Shown: positions 1 to 8,197 of the stretch, one piece after another
Layout: each line of letters starts with the position of its first letter
Position numbering within the stretch: the stretch's first letter is position 1
Source of the DNA: a virus
Lineage: Duplodnaviria; Caudoviricetes
Reading direction: 5' to 3' (one strand)
DNA length: 24,645 nt
Virus record (IMG/VR): IMGVR_UViG_3300024262_003389
Span: 1-24,645 of that record
The notes under the pieces: model-generated
Databases searched by the model: none
What the model was told of the DNA's origin: nothing
The model's input: the letters and a program-made list of their open reading frames with translations, nothing else
Made by a program: the position numbers and the translations under genes

Positions 1-753
1 TCAAATACGGAGGAGCTCCACACCATCCTGTCCGACTATATGATCCGCAGGACAAAGAGCGAGGTCCTTCCTAACCTGCCCACCAAGACAAGGACAGTCC
101 TGAGAGTGGACATCAACAACAGACAGGAGTATGACAAAGCCCGCAATGAGTTCATTGCCTGGTACAAAAAGGCGAAGGGCGACAAGGCCGTCAGGAAGCT
201 GCAAGGTGTGGAACAAGACGTCAGACTGGGTGTCTTGAAGAGACTGGCCGGTGTGGGCAAGCTGCCCTCTGTGTGTGACTGGATTGATGATTGGCTACAG
301 AGCTCCGAGGGGAAGCTCATTGTCTTTGCAGTCCACCGTCCTGTTGTGGAGCAGCTCGTTAAGAAGTACCCCAAAGCTGCAATGATCAATGGCACAGTAA
401 AGCCCAAGGACCGCCCTGCCATAATCAATAGGTTCATAACAGATCCCAAATGCCGTCTGTTCATCAGCACTCTGAAAACCTCAGGCACAGGTTTGGATGG
501 CTTACAGCACGTTTCAAGTACCATCCTGTTCGCTGAGCTGGGGTGGACGCCTGGAGACCACGAGCAGACAGAGGACAGAATACTGCGCATAGGACAGACT
601 GACAAGGTGAACATCTACTACCTCATAGGCAGAAACACCATTGAGGAGTGGAACCTGAAGCTGATCGCGAAGAAGCGGAGTATGGTTGGCAAGGTGCTGG
701 AGGGTCCCGGACCCAAGAGCCTTGAGGAGGCTCTACTTATTGGCAGCTCTTGA
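1..753 (+). CDS. SNF2/HARP-like superfamily 2 helicase, C-terminal part (5'-truncated by window)
   Basis: Frame is open from base 1 (SNTEELHTILSDYMIRRTK...). SNF2 motifs: RRTKSEVLPNLP, KLIVFA, GTGLDGLQ, ELGWTPGDHEQTEDRILRIGQ. Confidence 0.88.
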   Translation, partial: SNTEELHTILSDYMIRRTKSEVLPNLPTKTRTVLRVDINNRQEYDKARNEFIAWYKKAKGDKAVRKLQGVEQDVRLGVLKRLAGVGKLPSVCDWIDDWLQSSEGKLIVFAVHRPVVEQLVKKYPKAAMINGTVKPKDRPAIINRFITDPKCRLFISTLKTSGTGLDGLQHVSSTILFAELGWTPGDHEQTEDRILRIGQTDKVNIYYLIGRNTIEEWNLKLIAKKRSMVGKVLEGPGPKSLEEALLIGSS

Positions 754-784
754 GCACGGAAGAAGGGGCGTAGAAAATACCCCG

Positions 785-928
785 CAAGATTTTCTATATG
801 TCCTCTATGTCGAGGGCGGTTTTTTGTATGTCCTCTATGTCGAGGGCGGTTTTTTGTATGTCCTGTAGGCTGCACAAGATTTTCTATATGTCCTCTATGT
901 CGAGGGCGGTTTTTTGTATGTCCTGTAG
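785..928. repeat. Intergenic 30-bp-period direct repeat array
   Basis: Unit TATGTCCTCTATGTCGAGGGCGGTTTTTTG is identical at 797-826, 827-856 and 887-916. TATGTCCTGTAG at 857-868 and 917-928; CAAGATTTTCTA at 785-796 and 875-886. Confidence 0.95.
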
Positions 929-940
929 AAGGAGCAATGA

Positions 941-1099
941 ATGAAAGCAGACACAGTAGAAGTGAAACCGATCATGTTTCACAACATCCCTGTCAAACTG
1001 AAGCGCCGGTTCAAAGTGGCCTGCACAAAACAGGGACGCCCTATGCAAGAGGTCATTGCAGAGCTAATGGAGAGGTATGCGAGAGAACATGAATCTTGA
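941..1099 (+). CDS. Small ribbon-helix-helix (Arc/ParG-like) DNA-binding protein, 52 aa, not in ORF track
   Basis: Manual translation MKADTVEVKPIMFHNIPVKLKRRFKVACTKQGRPMQEVIAELMERYAREHES. AAGGAG RBS at 929-934. Strand, helix, G-turn, helix pattern typical of ParG/Arc. Confidence 0.78.
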   Translation: MKADTVEVKPIMFHNIPVKLKRRFKVACTKQGRPMQEVIAELMERYAREHES

Positions 1100-1976
1100 A
1101 GTCATTCTGCAAGAGCACGGAGTTGAATATATTGACTCCGGGCATCATCACTGCCACGAAGGCTGGATCCAGCTGAACTGCCCGTTCTGCACAGACGGGG
1201 CATACGGCTGGCATCTTGGCTACAACCTGGAAACCCACCGATTCAACTGTTGGCGGTGTGGCAAGCATTCCGTCTGGGAGGTGCTCAATGCCCTGATCCC
1301 CCTGCCCAAGGGGGCTCTCTACAAGTTGACACAGGAGGTTAGACGGGGAGCCCCCGATACCAAACCCCAAAGGGTTGTCGTCCGCAAGGCTCTGCCCAAA
1401 GCCCCTCTGGGCACAGGCCCCCTGGACTCACAGCACAAAAGGTACTTGAGGAAGCGCAGGTTCAGCCCTGCACGCCTCATCAATGAATGGGACATCAAAG
1501 CCACAGGGCACCTGAGCGGTGAGTGGTCCTGGAGAATAGTAATCCCCATCTACGATGAGGAGGGCAACATTGAGGCATACCAGGGCAGAACTATATCCAA
1601 GTCTGTCAAACCCAAATACCGCACGTCTGAGGGCGCCCCCAGTGACTTGCTCTACGGGATCCACAGGGCAAAGGGGGATGCTGTAATCATTGTGGAGGGC
1701 GTCACAGACGTGTGGAGGCTGGGAGCTGGGGCTGTAGCCACAATGGGGGTTGACTGGGGCAAGGAGCAAGCGAACAGGCTGCGGAGATACGACAGGCGGT
1801 ATATAGCCTTCGATCCCGAGGAGACAGCACAGAGGCGAGCTGAGGAGCTTGCAAGGTGGCTCGCATTCTTTCCAGGAGTGACAGAGATAGTTGAAGACCT
1901 GAGGACTGATCCTGGGGACCTCAGTGACAACGAATCTGTGGACCTCATGAGACAACTCAACGTCAGAGAAAAATAA
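1077..1976 (+). CDS. Phage DNA primase (Zn finger + TOPRIM)
   Basis: CPFC...CWRC zinc finger, YQGR motif, TOPRIM IIVEGVTD and AFDPE. True start may be ATG 1089. Confidence 0.88.
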   Translation: MRENMNLEVILQEHGVEYIDSGHHHCHEGWIQLNCPFCTDGAYGWHLGYNLETHRFNCWRCGKHSVWEVLNALIPLPKGALYKLTQEVRRGAPDTKPQRVVVRKALPKAPLGTGPLDSQHKRYLRKRRFSPARLINEWDIKATGHLSGEWSWRIVIPIYDEEGNIEAYQGRTISKSVKPKYRTSEGAPSDLLYGIHRAKGDAVIIVEGVTDVWRLGAGAVATMGVDWGKEQANRLRRYDRRYIAFDPEETAQRRAEELARWLAFFPGVTEIVEDLRTDPGDLSDNESVDLMRQLNVREK

Positions 1977-1981
1977 TGGAA

Positions 1982-2008
1982 CCAAGTGCCCCCATCAGGA
2001 CGATAGTA
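1982..2008 (+). promoter_or_regulatory. Bipartite putative phage promoter, copy 1
   Basis: CCAAGTGC-N10-ACGATAGTA; same spacing in four copies, each at a gene boundary. Confidence 0.65.
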
Positions 2009-2018
2009 ATAGTGGACA

Positions 2019-2120
2019 AAGCCCTGCCCGTTAACTCTGCTGCTTCTCCTCCGGGCGGGCTTCCCAAGCCCCCGCCAAAGACCTGCGCCCAAAGGGTCGG
2101 AGGCGGGGGCTCTGCTTTTC
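2019..2120 (+). other. GC-rich double-hairpin leader or possible attenuator
   Basis: AAGCCC(T)GCCCG 2019-2030 pairs with CGGGCGGGCTT 2052-2062. AGCCCCCGCC 2067-2076 pairs with GGCGGGGGCT 2102-2111, followed by CTGCTTTTC. Confidence 0.55.
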
Positions 2121-2155
2121 TGAGGAGAACAAAACTTGATAGAGGAGACAACGAA

Positions 2156-2419
2156 ATGAACAACACCACAACAGAACAAGACGTGATCCTCCAGATTGTG
2201 GAGAGGGTCAACAACCTCTTCCCCAACCGCTTCACTCCCTCCCGACTCACTTGGGACATTGCAGCAGCGCATCAGTCCTGCCCACTCAACCTTGATGCTC
2301 TACTCAACGCCGACCAGTTCAACTTCCTGCACGATGTCTTCGGCATTATACAAAACCTCAACCGAGAGACGGGCAAGCTGGAGAATTGCTTCCTCCCCCG
2401 TTTCACCAAGAGGGCATAG
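2156..2419 (+). CDS. Small phage hypothetical protein (87 aa)
   Basis: GAGGAG RBS before ATG 2156. The C-terminal pattern HDVFGI..NLNRETGKLENCFLPRF resembles a phage family of unknown function (recalled, not searched). Confidence 0.75.
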   Translation: MNNTTTEQDVILQIVERVNNLFPNRFTPSRLTWDIAAAHQSCPLNLDALLNADQFNFLHDVFGIIQNLNRETGKLENCFLPRFTKRA

Positions 2420-2428
2420 GAGAGACAG

Positions 2429-2608
2429 ATGAGAGACGAGATTATAATTGAGGGAAGAACCCGTGTAGTCTTCCGCTTCAATGGGCAGACGATTGAGGCT
2501 TACATCACAGACAAGAAAGACACTGTCAGCATCAGGTGTGATGGCCAACTCCGTGTGGAGCCTGAGTGCGGAAATGGCGTGATGCTGTCCATAAAACAGG
2601 GCAAGTGA
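2429..2608 (+). CDS. Small beta-rich hypothetical protein (59 aa), not in ORF track
   Basis: Manual translation MRDEIIIEGRTRVVFRFNGQTIEAYITDKKDTVSIRCDGQLRVEPECGNGVMLSIKQGK. AGGAG RBS; fills the gap between neighbours. Confidence 0.7.
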   Translation: MRDEIIIEGRTRVVFRFNGQTIEAYITDKKDTVSIRCDGQLRVEPECGNGVMLSIKQGK

Positions 2609-2611
2609 CCA

Positions 2612-3463
2612 ATGAAAACAGGTAAAGATTGGGACTATCAGGTAGATCTTGAAGATCAAATACTGACCATCACCACAACATCCTGTGACCGCATCCTTCA
2701 AGAATGCCCCGACGCTTTGTTACTCTATATATTCTTCTACCGAACGGCCAAGCGCCAGGGCACCTTGTCCATCAGGGCAACGTCCCGCTACTGCCGCAAG
2801 GGCCTCAGGTGGGGTGAGACCAAGTTCAACAGGGCGGACAAGGTGCTCCGCGACCTCGGCTTGATAGAAAAGGTTGCGAGGCGGGGATTTAATGGGCAGG
2901 TACAGGGATGGTATGTGAGAATCAAGTATGTGACTCTCAAAGAACAAACTCCCCACAACCCCCGAAACCCCACAACCTGGGAAATCCCAGTCTCTGGGGA
3001 ACAGCGCACAAATACTAAGAGAGAGGAAATAAAGACTAAGAGATCCTTGTCGCGACTCGCAGACGAGTCGGCGACAGAGAGTGATTCTCCTTCGAAAAAG
3101 AAGATGCACCCAAGATATTTCAAGTTTGCCCACCTCCTCAAAGAAACAATCGAAACCGTCCATAAAGTGAATTGCACCAGCAAAGTATCAGGATGGGCAA
3201 AACAATTCAAACTTCTACACACCTCAGACGGGGTATCGCCACTTCGTATAAGAACCATCCTGAAGTGGTATTGCAAAGAATACCCAAGACGAGACCAGTA
3301 TCTGCCCATCGCCGATTCCGGTGCCTCATTCAGAGGGAAGTTCACAAAGATTGAAGAAGCCAAGCGCAGAAGGAAACCCCAAGACAATTATGAACAGGAC
3401 AAGAAACGTATCAAAATGAATATTATCCAACAAGGAGAGAGCCAACTATGCGAAGAAGAGTAG
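2612..3463 (+). CDS. Replication initiator / replisome organizer (lambda O-like, N-terminal winged helix)
   Basis: wHTH-like N-terminus (LLLYIFFY...LRWGETKFNRADKVLRDLGLIEK), low-complexity linker, C-terminal helical domain (IRTILKWY...SGASFRGKFTKI). Directly upstream of DnaB. Confidence 0.62.
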   Translation: MKTGKDWDYQVDLEDQILTITTTSCDRILQECPDALLLYIFFYRTAKRQGTLSIRATSRYCRKGLRWGETKFNRADKVLRDLGLIEKVARRGFNGQVQGWYVRIKYVTLKEQTPHNPRNPTTWEIPVSGEQRTNTKREEIKTKRSLSRLADESATESDSPSKKKMHPRYFKFAHLLKETIETVHKVNCTSKVSGWAKQFKLLHTSDGVSPLRIRTILKWYCKEYPRRDQYLPIADSGASFRGKFTKIEEAKRRRKPQDNYEQDKKRIKMNIIQQGESQLCEEE

Positions 3464-4869
3464 TCGATGCCAACCAGGAACGCCAGTTTCTAATTGGTAT
3501 GATCACGTCCAAACCTTTCCTCGCCACTGTAGCTCCCGCGTTCAGTTTGGACTTGATAGAGGAAGACCACTTCAGGACCGTCGCCAGTTGGTGCTTGGAC
3601 TTCTACAAGACCTATCGGGACGCCCCGGGGAAGTCCATTGAATCAATCTACTATGGGTGGGTAGAAAGCCAACAGAGTTCCTCCCAGACTGAAGCCATAC
3701 ACGATTTTCTAGAAAGTCTGTCCGGGGAATATGACACACTTGGTGACGTGAACGTCCCTCATCTTGTTGATGGGTTTGGCAAGTTCATCTTGTCAAAGAG
3801 GCTCGCCAGGCTCAATGATATACTTGAGTACAATCTGCAGAGGGGTGACAGTGAAATAGCCCTGCAGGCTATAACAGAGTTCCGGTCTGTTGATGCTGGT
3901 GTGTCAAAGGGCACAAACCCATTGAACGATCCGAAGGTTTGGAAAGAGGCCTTTGCTGATCCTCTGGTCCCCCTCATCACGTTCCCCGGAGATGCAGGGC
4001 GGTTTTTAAGCAGGGCGTTCACACGGGACGCTCTCATCGCTATACAGGGTCCTGAGAAGAGGGGCAAGACGTTTTGGTGCTTAGAGCTTGTGATAAGAGC
4101 TCTCAGGAACAGGCGCAAGGTTGCTCTATTTGAAGTAGGAGACTTGAGTCAAAGCCAGATTCTAATGAGGCTCGGGGGGAGGCTCTGTGGGAGTCCGTTG
4201 CGCAAGGAGGACTGTGGTGATATCCACGTGCCCGAGAGGATCCGCAGGGAGAAGGATCCCGCTGAGGAAGAAGAGATTCCCATTGAATTGGACGTGGTGA
4301 CAAAACGCTGCCCACGTCCTGTGTCAGAGCGGGCTTGCCAACGTGCCCGAAAGAAGTTCATAAGAGCATGTGGCATCCCGCGTCGTAAGACATACCTCAA
4401 GTTCTCAGTCCACCCCAACTCTTCAATCAACGTTCGGGGGATAGAGTCCATACTGGAGAGGTGGGAGCAGGAGGAGAACTTTGTCCCTGATGTCATTATT
4501 ATTGACTATGCAGACATTCTCGCGCCGGAGGACAGGGGCAAGGAAGTGAGGCACCAGATCAATGAGACGTGGAAGGCGTTGAGGCGCTTGTCGCAAGAGA
4601 GGCACTGCCTTGTAGTAGCTCCCACACAGGCGTCTGCTGAGAGCTACGAAACAAAGACGCAGACAATGAAACACTTCTCCGAGTCCAAAACGAAGCTGGC
4701 TCATGTGACAGGGATGTTGGGATTGAACCAGACGGAGGGAGAGAAGGATATGGGAGTGATGCGTTTGAATTGGATTGTCTTGCGTGAAGCAGAGTTCAGT
4801 CACCGCCAATGTCTTTGGGTGGGGCAATGCCTGAAGTTGGGCAGGGCTTTCTGCTGTGCAACACTCTAA
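3448..4869 (+). CDS. dnaB: Replicative DNA helicase, DnaB family
   Basis: Walker A GPEKRGKT, Walker B VIIIDYAD, LRRLSQE..CLVVAPTQ. Confidence 0.88.
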   Translation: MRRRVVDANQERQFLIGMITSKPFLATVAPAFSLDLIEEDHFRTVASWCLDFYKTYRDAPGKSIESIYYGWVESQQSSSQTEAIHDFLESLSGEYDTLGDVNVPHLVDGFGKFILSKRLARLNDILEYNLQRGDSEIALQAITEFRSVDAGVSKGTNPLNDPKVWKEAFADPLVPLITFPGDAGRFLSRAFTRDALIAIQGPEKRGKTFWCLELVIRALRNRRKVALFEVGDLSQSQILMRLGGRLCGSPLRKEDCGDIHVPERIRREKDPAEEEEIPIELDVVTKRCPRPVSERACQRARKKFIRACGIPRRKTYLKFSVHPNSSINVRGIESILERWEQEENFVPDVIIIDYADILAPEDRGKEVRHQINETWKALRRLSQERHCLVVAPTQASAESYETKTQTMKHFSESKTKLAHVTGMLGLNQTEGEKDMGVMRLNWIVLREAEFSHRQCLWVGQCLKLGRAFCCATL

Positions 4870-4882
4870 GGAAATTTTGGCA

Positions 4883-4909
4883 CCACGTCCTCTGTTCAAC
4901 ACGATAGTA
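4883..4909 (+). promoter_or_regulatory. Bipartite putative phage promoter, copy 2 (upstream of queD)
   Basis: CCACGTCC-N10-ACGATAGTA, preceded by TAAGGAAATTTT. Confidence 0.6.
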
Positions 4910-4944
4910 AAACAGCGACCCTGCGAAGCAACAGGAGATTGATA

Positions 4945-5382
4945 ATGTATAGGATCCGCAAGAAGTTCCAGTTTGAAGCTGCCCACGTCCTGCCCAGCGC
5001 ATATTCTGAAGACTGCCACAAGAACATCCACGGTCATTCCTATACGGTTGAGGTGTTCTTAAAGAGCACAGGCTTGAACCAGGATGGAATGGTCCTTGAC
5101 TTCGGGTTCCTGAAACAGTGGATCAACGAAGTGAAGGATCAATGGAACCACGCGTTGTTCCTCCCGAGCGGCAGGATGAAGTTGGGGGAGGGGATAAGAA
5201 ACCAACTGCCCGATCAGAAAATTCTCTACATGCACCAACCCACTGCGGAGTACATGGCGTCGGCCCTTTTCTGCTCCTTGAATGTTTGGTTGGACAGGCA
5301 GACAATCATCACACCCTGTCTGGTGGACAGGGTGCGTGTTCATGAAACTGCAACAGGATGGGCAGAGTACTCGGAGAGCTGA
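4945..5382 (+). CDS. queD: 6-carboxy-5,6,7,8-tetrahydropterin synthase
   Basis: FEAAH, C..IHGHSY, GMVLDF, PTAE and VHET motifs. AGGAG RBS (alternative TTG start at 4939). Confidence 0.93.
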   Translation: MYRIRKKFQFEAAHVLPSAYSEDCHKNIHGHSYTVEVFLKSTGLNQDGMVLDFGFLKQWINEVKDQWNHALFLPSGRMKLGEGIRNQLPDQKILYMHQPTAEYMASALFCSLNVWLDRQTIITPCLVDRVRVHETATGWAEYSES

Positions 5383-5383
5383 G

Positions 5384-5614
5384 ATGACCTTCAAACAGTG
5401 CCGTCAGGCCGCAAGAGAAATGGCTTCGGAGGGGAAGAAGTGCTATTTCACTTTGGTAGGTCCTCATTGTGGGTTCCGCTGTGTCTGGACAGATGCGGGG
5501 AAGGGGTTGTTTAGGAGGGTGGGGCACGACAGACAGTTGGCCTCCCACTATTTCGAGAACGAAGGGGCTCTATGCGAAGAGATTGGCGAGAAGGCAGAGG
5601 TGGTGCGTGGCTGA
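5384..5614 (+). CDS. Hypothetical protein (76 aa)
   Basis: ATG immediately after the queD stop, GGAG upstream, tiles with neighbours. Confidence 0.6.
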   Translation: MTFKQCRQAAREMASEGKKCYFTLVGPHCGFRCVWTDAGKGLFRRVGHDRQLASHYFENEGALCEEIGEKAEVVRG

Positions 5615-5825
5615 GAGGTTGCTCAAAAAGGCCTGGGCAGCACAGCGGGTGGGAGAAGATGCGTTTGGCGTACCACAATGGGCTTGGCAGAGAGCTCTTG
5701 TAATCGTAGGGGAAGAAACAGCCAACCACTTCAAAGTGAAGTTCATTAGAGATGGTTCAATAGTTTGGCAACCGAAGGCAGACGTAAGGTTCACAAAGCC
5801 AAGGAGAAAGAGAATAGTAGAATGA
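5607..5825 (+). CDS. Hypothetical protein (72 aa), possibly a small beta-barrel
   Basis: GTG start after GAGGTGG; stop overlaps the queE ATG (ATGA). Confidence 0.6.
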   Translation: MAERLLKKAWAAQRVGEDAFGVPQWAWQRALVIVGEETANHFKVKFIRDGSIVWQPKADVRFTKPRRKRIVE

Positions 5826-6463
5826 AGACTTACCCTATCAATGAGATCTTCTACTCGATACAAGGAGAAGGGCCTCAAGTTGGCAGGCCTATGGTGTTCA
5901 TACGATACTCAGGCTGCAATCTTAAGTGTGAGTTCTGTGACACAGACTTCTCTGTCAAAACAGATATGAGGGCAGCAGATATCATTAAAGAGGTGAGCCG
6001 CCTCATTGCAAGCGAGAAGATCTTTCCACCCACTGTCCCCGCCATCTGCCACACGGGCGGGGAGCCCCTGCTCTATTTGGATGAGCAGTTGATTGAGGAG
6101 CTTGGGGGCTTAATTTGTTCACAGCATCTTGAGACGAATGGCACAAAAGAAATCCCAGTCCCTGAGGCGTTTGAAGCGATCGTTATTTCCCCAAAGACCC
6201 TTGTCCCCAGAGCAATGAAACAGTATCTGGAGGACGACGCCTACCGTAATGGCTTCTTGAAGATCGTCTGGGACCCAACCAACTGGGAGTTTGCCACTGT
6301 ATTCGCAGAGTGGGCAAAATACGTCTACTGTGAAAAGTTCGTGCAGCCCAGAACGGATCCCCAGACCGGGGATTCCAACGTTGAAGAGACAGTCGAGTGG
6401 TTGAAGAGGCACCAAGACTGGCGGCTCAGTATCCAGGTCCACAAAATTATTGGGGTCAAATAA
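5822..6463 (+). CDS. queE: 7-carboxy-7-deazaguanine synthase (radical SAM)
   Basis: INEIFYSIQGEG, FIRYSGCNLKCEFCDT, TGGEP, LETNGT, ISPK, WRLSIQVHK. Confidence 0.95.
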   Translation: MKTYPINEIFYSIQGEGPQVGRPMVFIRYSGCNLKCEFCDTDFSVKTDMRAADIIKEVSRLIASEKIFPPTVPAICHTGGEPLLYLDEQLIEELGGLICSQHLETNGTKEIPVPEAFEAIVISPKTLVPRAMKQYLEDDAYRNGFLKIVWDPTNWEFATVFAEWAKYVYCEKFVQPRTDPQTGDSNVEETVEWLKRHQDWRLSIQVHKIIGVK

Positions 6464-6474
6464 AAAAACTTCAG

Positions 6475-6501
6475 CCAAGTGCATTGGTGAGGACGATAGT
6501 A
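6475..6501 (+). promoter_or_regulatory. Bipartite putative phage promoter, copy 3
   Basis: CCAAGTGC-N10-ACGATAGTA followed by TAGT and preceded by an A-tract. Confidence 0.68.
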
Positions 6502-6565
6502 TAGTAGAGCGTTTGTTACTTGGTTGAGTTTTTTGTTTTGGACCTGTTGACAAGGAGATTGAGAA

Positions 6566-7093
6566 ATGGCAAACCGTCAGGCAATGATCGACGTTTTGAA
6601 GGAGATGGGTGCAAAGGTCGTCGTGGGGACGAGTACGGAGAGGCTGGAGAAGAAGTGTGTTTGGTTTCTCAGTGGGATCGATGCAGACAAGATGACCGAC
6701 GCCCAGAAGACTTTGGCGGAGGATCTGGGGCTGGGCAGCGCGGATCCCGTCGGGGCGCCTAAGAAGGCCCCTGCAAAGAAGAAGGCCAAGAAGGCAGCAC
6801 AGCCCGCAGCACAGCCCGCAGCGAAGGCGAAGAAGGCTGCAAAGGCATCACAGCCCACCAGCACCCGCGGCAATGGGAAGTCCGGGATGGCGGTCTTCAC
6901 GGCGTACATCAACGCCCACAGGAAGTTCACCCGGGAAGAAGTGATCGTGGCAGTTCAGAAGGGCTCCGAGATCGATATCAAGGACTACTGCATTGCGAAC
7001 TACATCGCTCTAGCCAAGAAGGAGAACAATCAGTTCGGCGTGGTGCTCGTCGAAGAGAAGAAGGATGGTGAGCGCGTACTCAGCCACGCATAG
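6566..7093 (+). CDS. Hypothetical protein with histone H1-like Lys/Ala/Pro linker; putative DNA-binding protein
   Basis: AAGGAG RBS; APKKAPAKKKAKKAAQPAAQPAAKAKKAAK linker between two small domains. Confidence 0.75.
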   Translation: MANRQAMIDVLKEMGAKVVVGTSTERLEKKCVWFLSGIDADKMTDAQKTLAEDLGLGSADPVGAPKKAPAKKKAKKAAQPAAQPAAKAKKAAKASQPTSTRGNGKSGMAVFTAYINAHRKFTREEVIVAVQKGSEIDIKDYCIANYIALAKKENNQFGVVLVEEKKDGERVLSHA

Positions 7094-7106
7094 AGCCGGG
7101 ATTATC

Positions 7107-7187
7107 CACGCCCTCAATAGAACCTTACTTCCCTTCCCAGGGCAAGTTCATAGTAAGGTGCCACTATTGAGGGCGTGTTTTCATTTT
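7107..7187 (+). terminator. Long interrupted hairpin with T-rich tail (terminator or processing site)
   Basis: CACGCCCTCAATAG 7107-7120 pairs perfectly with CTATTGAGGGCGTG 7164-7177. Inner stem ACCTTACT/AGTAAGGT; followed by TTTTCATTTT. Confidence 0.65.
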
Positions 7188-7198
7188 GGAGGAATACA

Positions 7199-8197
7199 AT
7201 GAACAAAGAAATGGCTTGCATCTTTTTGAACAGAGAATGCCCCCGGGGGTGCCCTCAATGTGGAATGCTGTCTCCCCGTCCGAAAATGAGCGTCTCTCAG
7301 GTGCAGACGGCGGTGAGCATCTTGCGGGGGCTGGACTTCAAGTTCATCCTGTTCCTCGCAACAGAGCCTTTGCTGTTAGGGAGCCGCTTGGTGCTTCTTG
7401 TTGATTGGCTCTATAAGACTGGCACGTTCTACGCCATGTACTCCACAAGTCCGGAGCCGCTGTTCTCGCGCTTTCGGCAGCCATTGGTTGACGCTGGCCT
7501 GCGCAATTGGTCCTCTGGGATTGACTACCTCCCCGGGGCGTCCCCATCAATAATCACAAGGCTGAAGGTGCAAGAGTCCGCACAGGGATTGGCGTGGATG
7601 GCGCGACAGGGAGTCGAGGTCCACTCGAACACCACAGTTCACAGAGACAACTTCAAAAGTCTGCCAGAGATATTGATGTGGTGCCAGTCCATCTATCCTG
7701 GTATGCAGACAGCGTTCAACTTCATAGAGTACAAACGGGATGAGCAGTTTGACTTCTTTGCAGAAAAGGAGAAGATGCAGGATCTGTGGTGGGAGGGCAC
7801 AGAGGAAGAGGCGGAGGCTCTGCAGTCTGTAATGGCGAAGGTGAGGGAGATGACAACCTGGCCAGGGTCTATAATCCAAACGACGTATGACTACTTGGAC
7901 AGGGCAGTCGACTACTATACCACCCTCAACAAACATTGCCAGGGCAATGTAGGACCTTGTGTGGACTGCGACGGTACGCTGAGGCTGTGCGGCTACAGGA
8001 CGGGCTCTCAGGTGGGGAGGTATAAGGTGTTCGATCTCAAAGAACGATACGCGGAGATCGAGGACGCTTGGCAGCAGGACCTTGCAGAGTGTCCAGGGTG
8101 CTATTGGATCTGCCCTGAGCTTGTGAAGACGCCCGAGCTTCTAGACCCGGCGTCTGGTGTGCATGAAAAGAGATGGTCAACAGGAGACAGAGGATGA
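7199..8197 (+). CDS. Radical SAM enzyme with SPASM/twitch-like C-terminal domain
   Basis: N-terminal CPRGCPQC (CxxxCxxC); ATEP in place of GGEP; C-terminal HC...CVDCDGTLRLC...CPGCYWIC. GGAGG RBS before ATG 7199. Confidence 0.85.
   Translation: MNKEMACIFLNRECPRGCPQCGMLSPRPKMSVSQVQTAVSILRGLDFKFILFLATEPLLLGSRLVLLVDWLYKTGTFYAMYSTSPEPLFSRFRQPLVDAGLRNWSSGIDYLPGASPSIITRLKVQESAQGLAWMARQGVEVHSNTTVHRDNFKSLPEILMWCQSIYPGMQTAFNFIEYKRDEQFDFFAEKEKMQDLWWEGTEEEAEALQSVMAKVREMTTWPGSIIQTTYDYLDRAVDYYTTLNKHCQGNVGPCVDCDGTLRLCGYRTGSQVGRYKVFDLKERYAEIEDAWQQDLAECPGCYWICPELVKTPELLDPASGVHEKRWSTGDRG

Noticed and set aside
618-875. ORFs 618-875 (-) and 686-868 (+) with repeated peptides
   Set aside because: By-products of the 30-bp DNA repeat; they overlap the helicase gene and I see no convincing RBS.
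785-928. CRISPR mini-array
   Set aside because: Repeats are contiguous with no unique spacers, and no cas genes are in the window.
1976-2155. N-terminal extension of the 147-aa ORF
   Set aside because: Spans a promoter motif and hairpins; a strong RBS supports ATG 2156.
7094-7198. preQ1 riboswitch upstream of the queC unit
   Set aside because: No match by eye to the short preQ1-I stem plus A-rich tail; the structure is a long simple hairpin.
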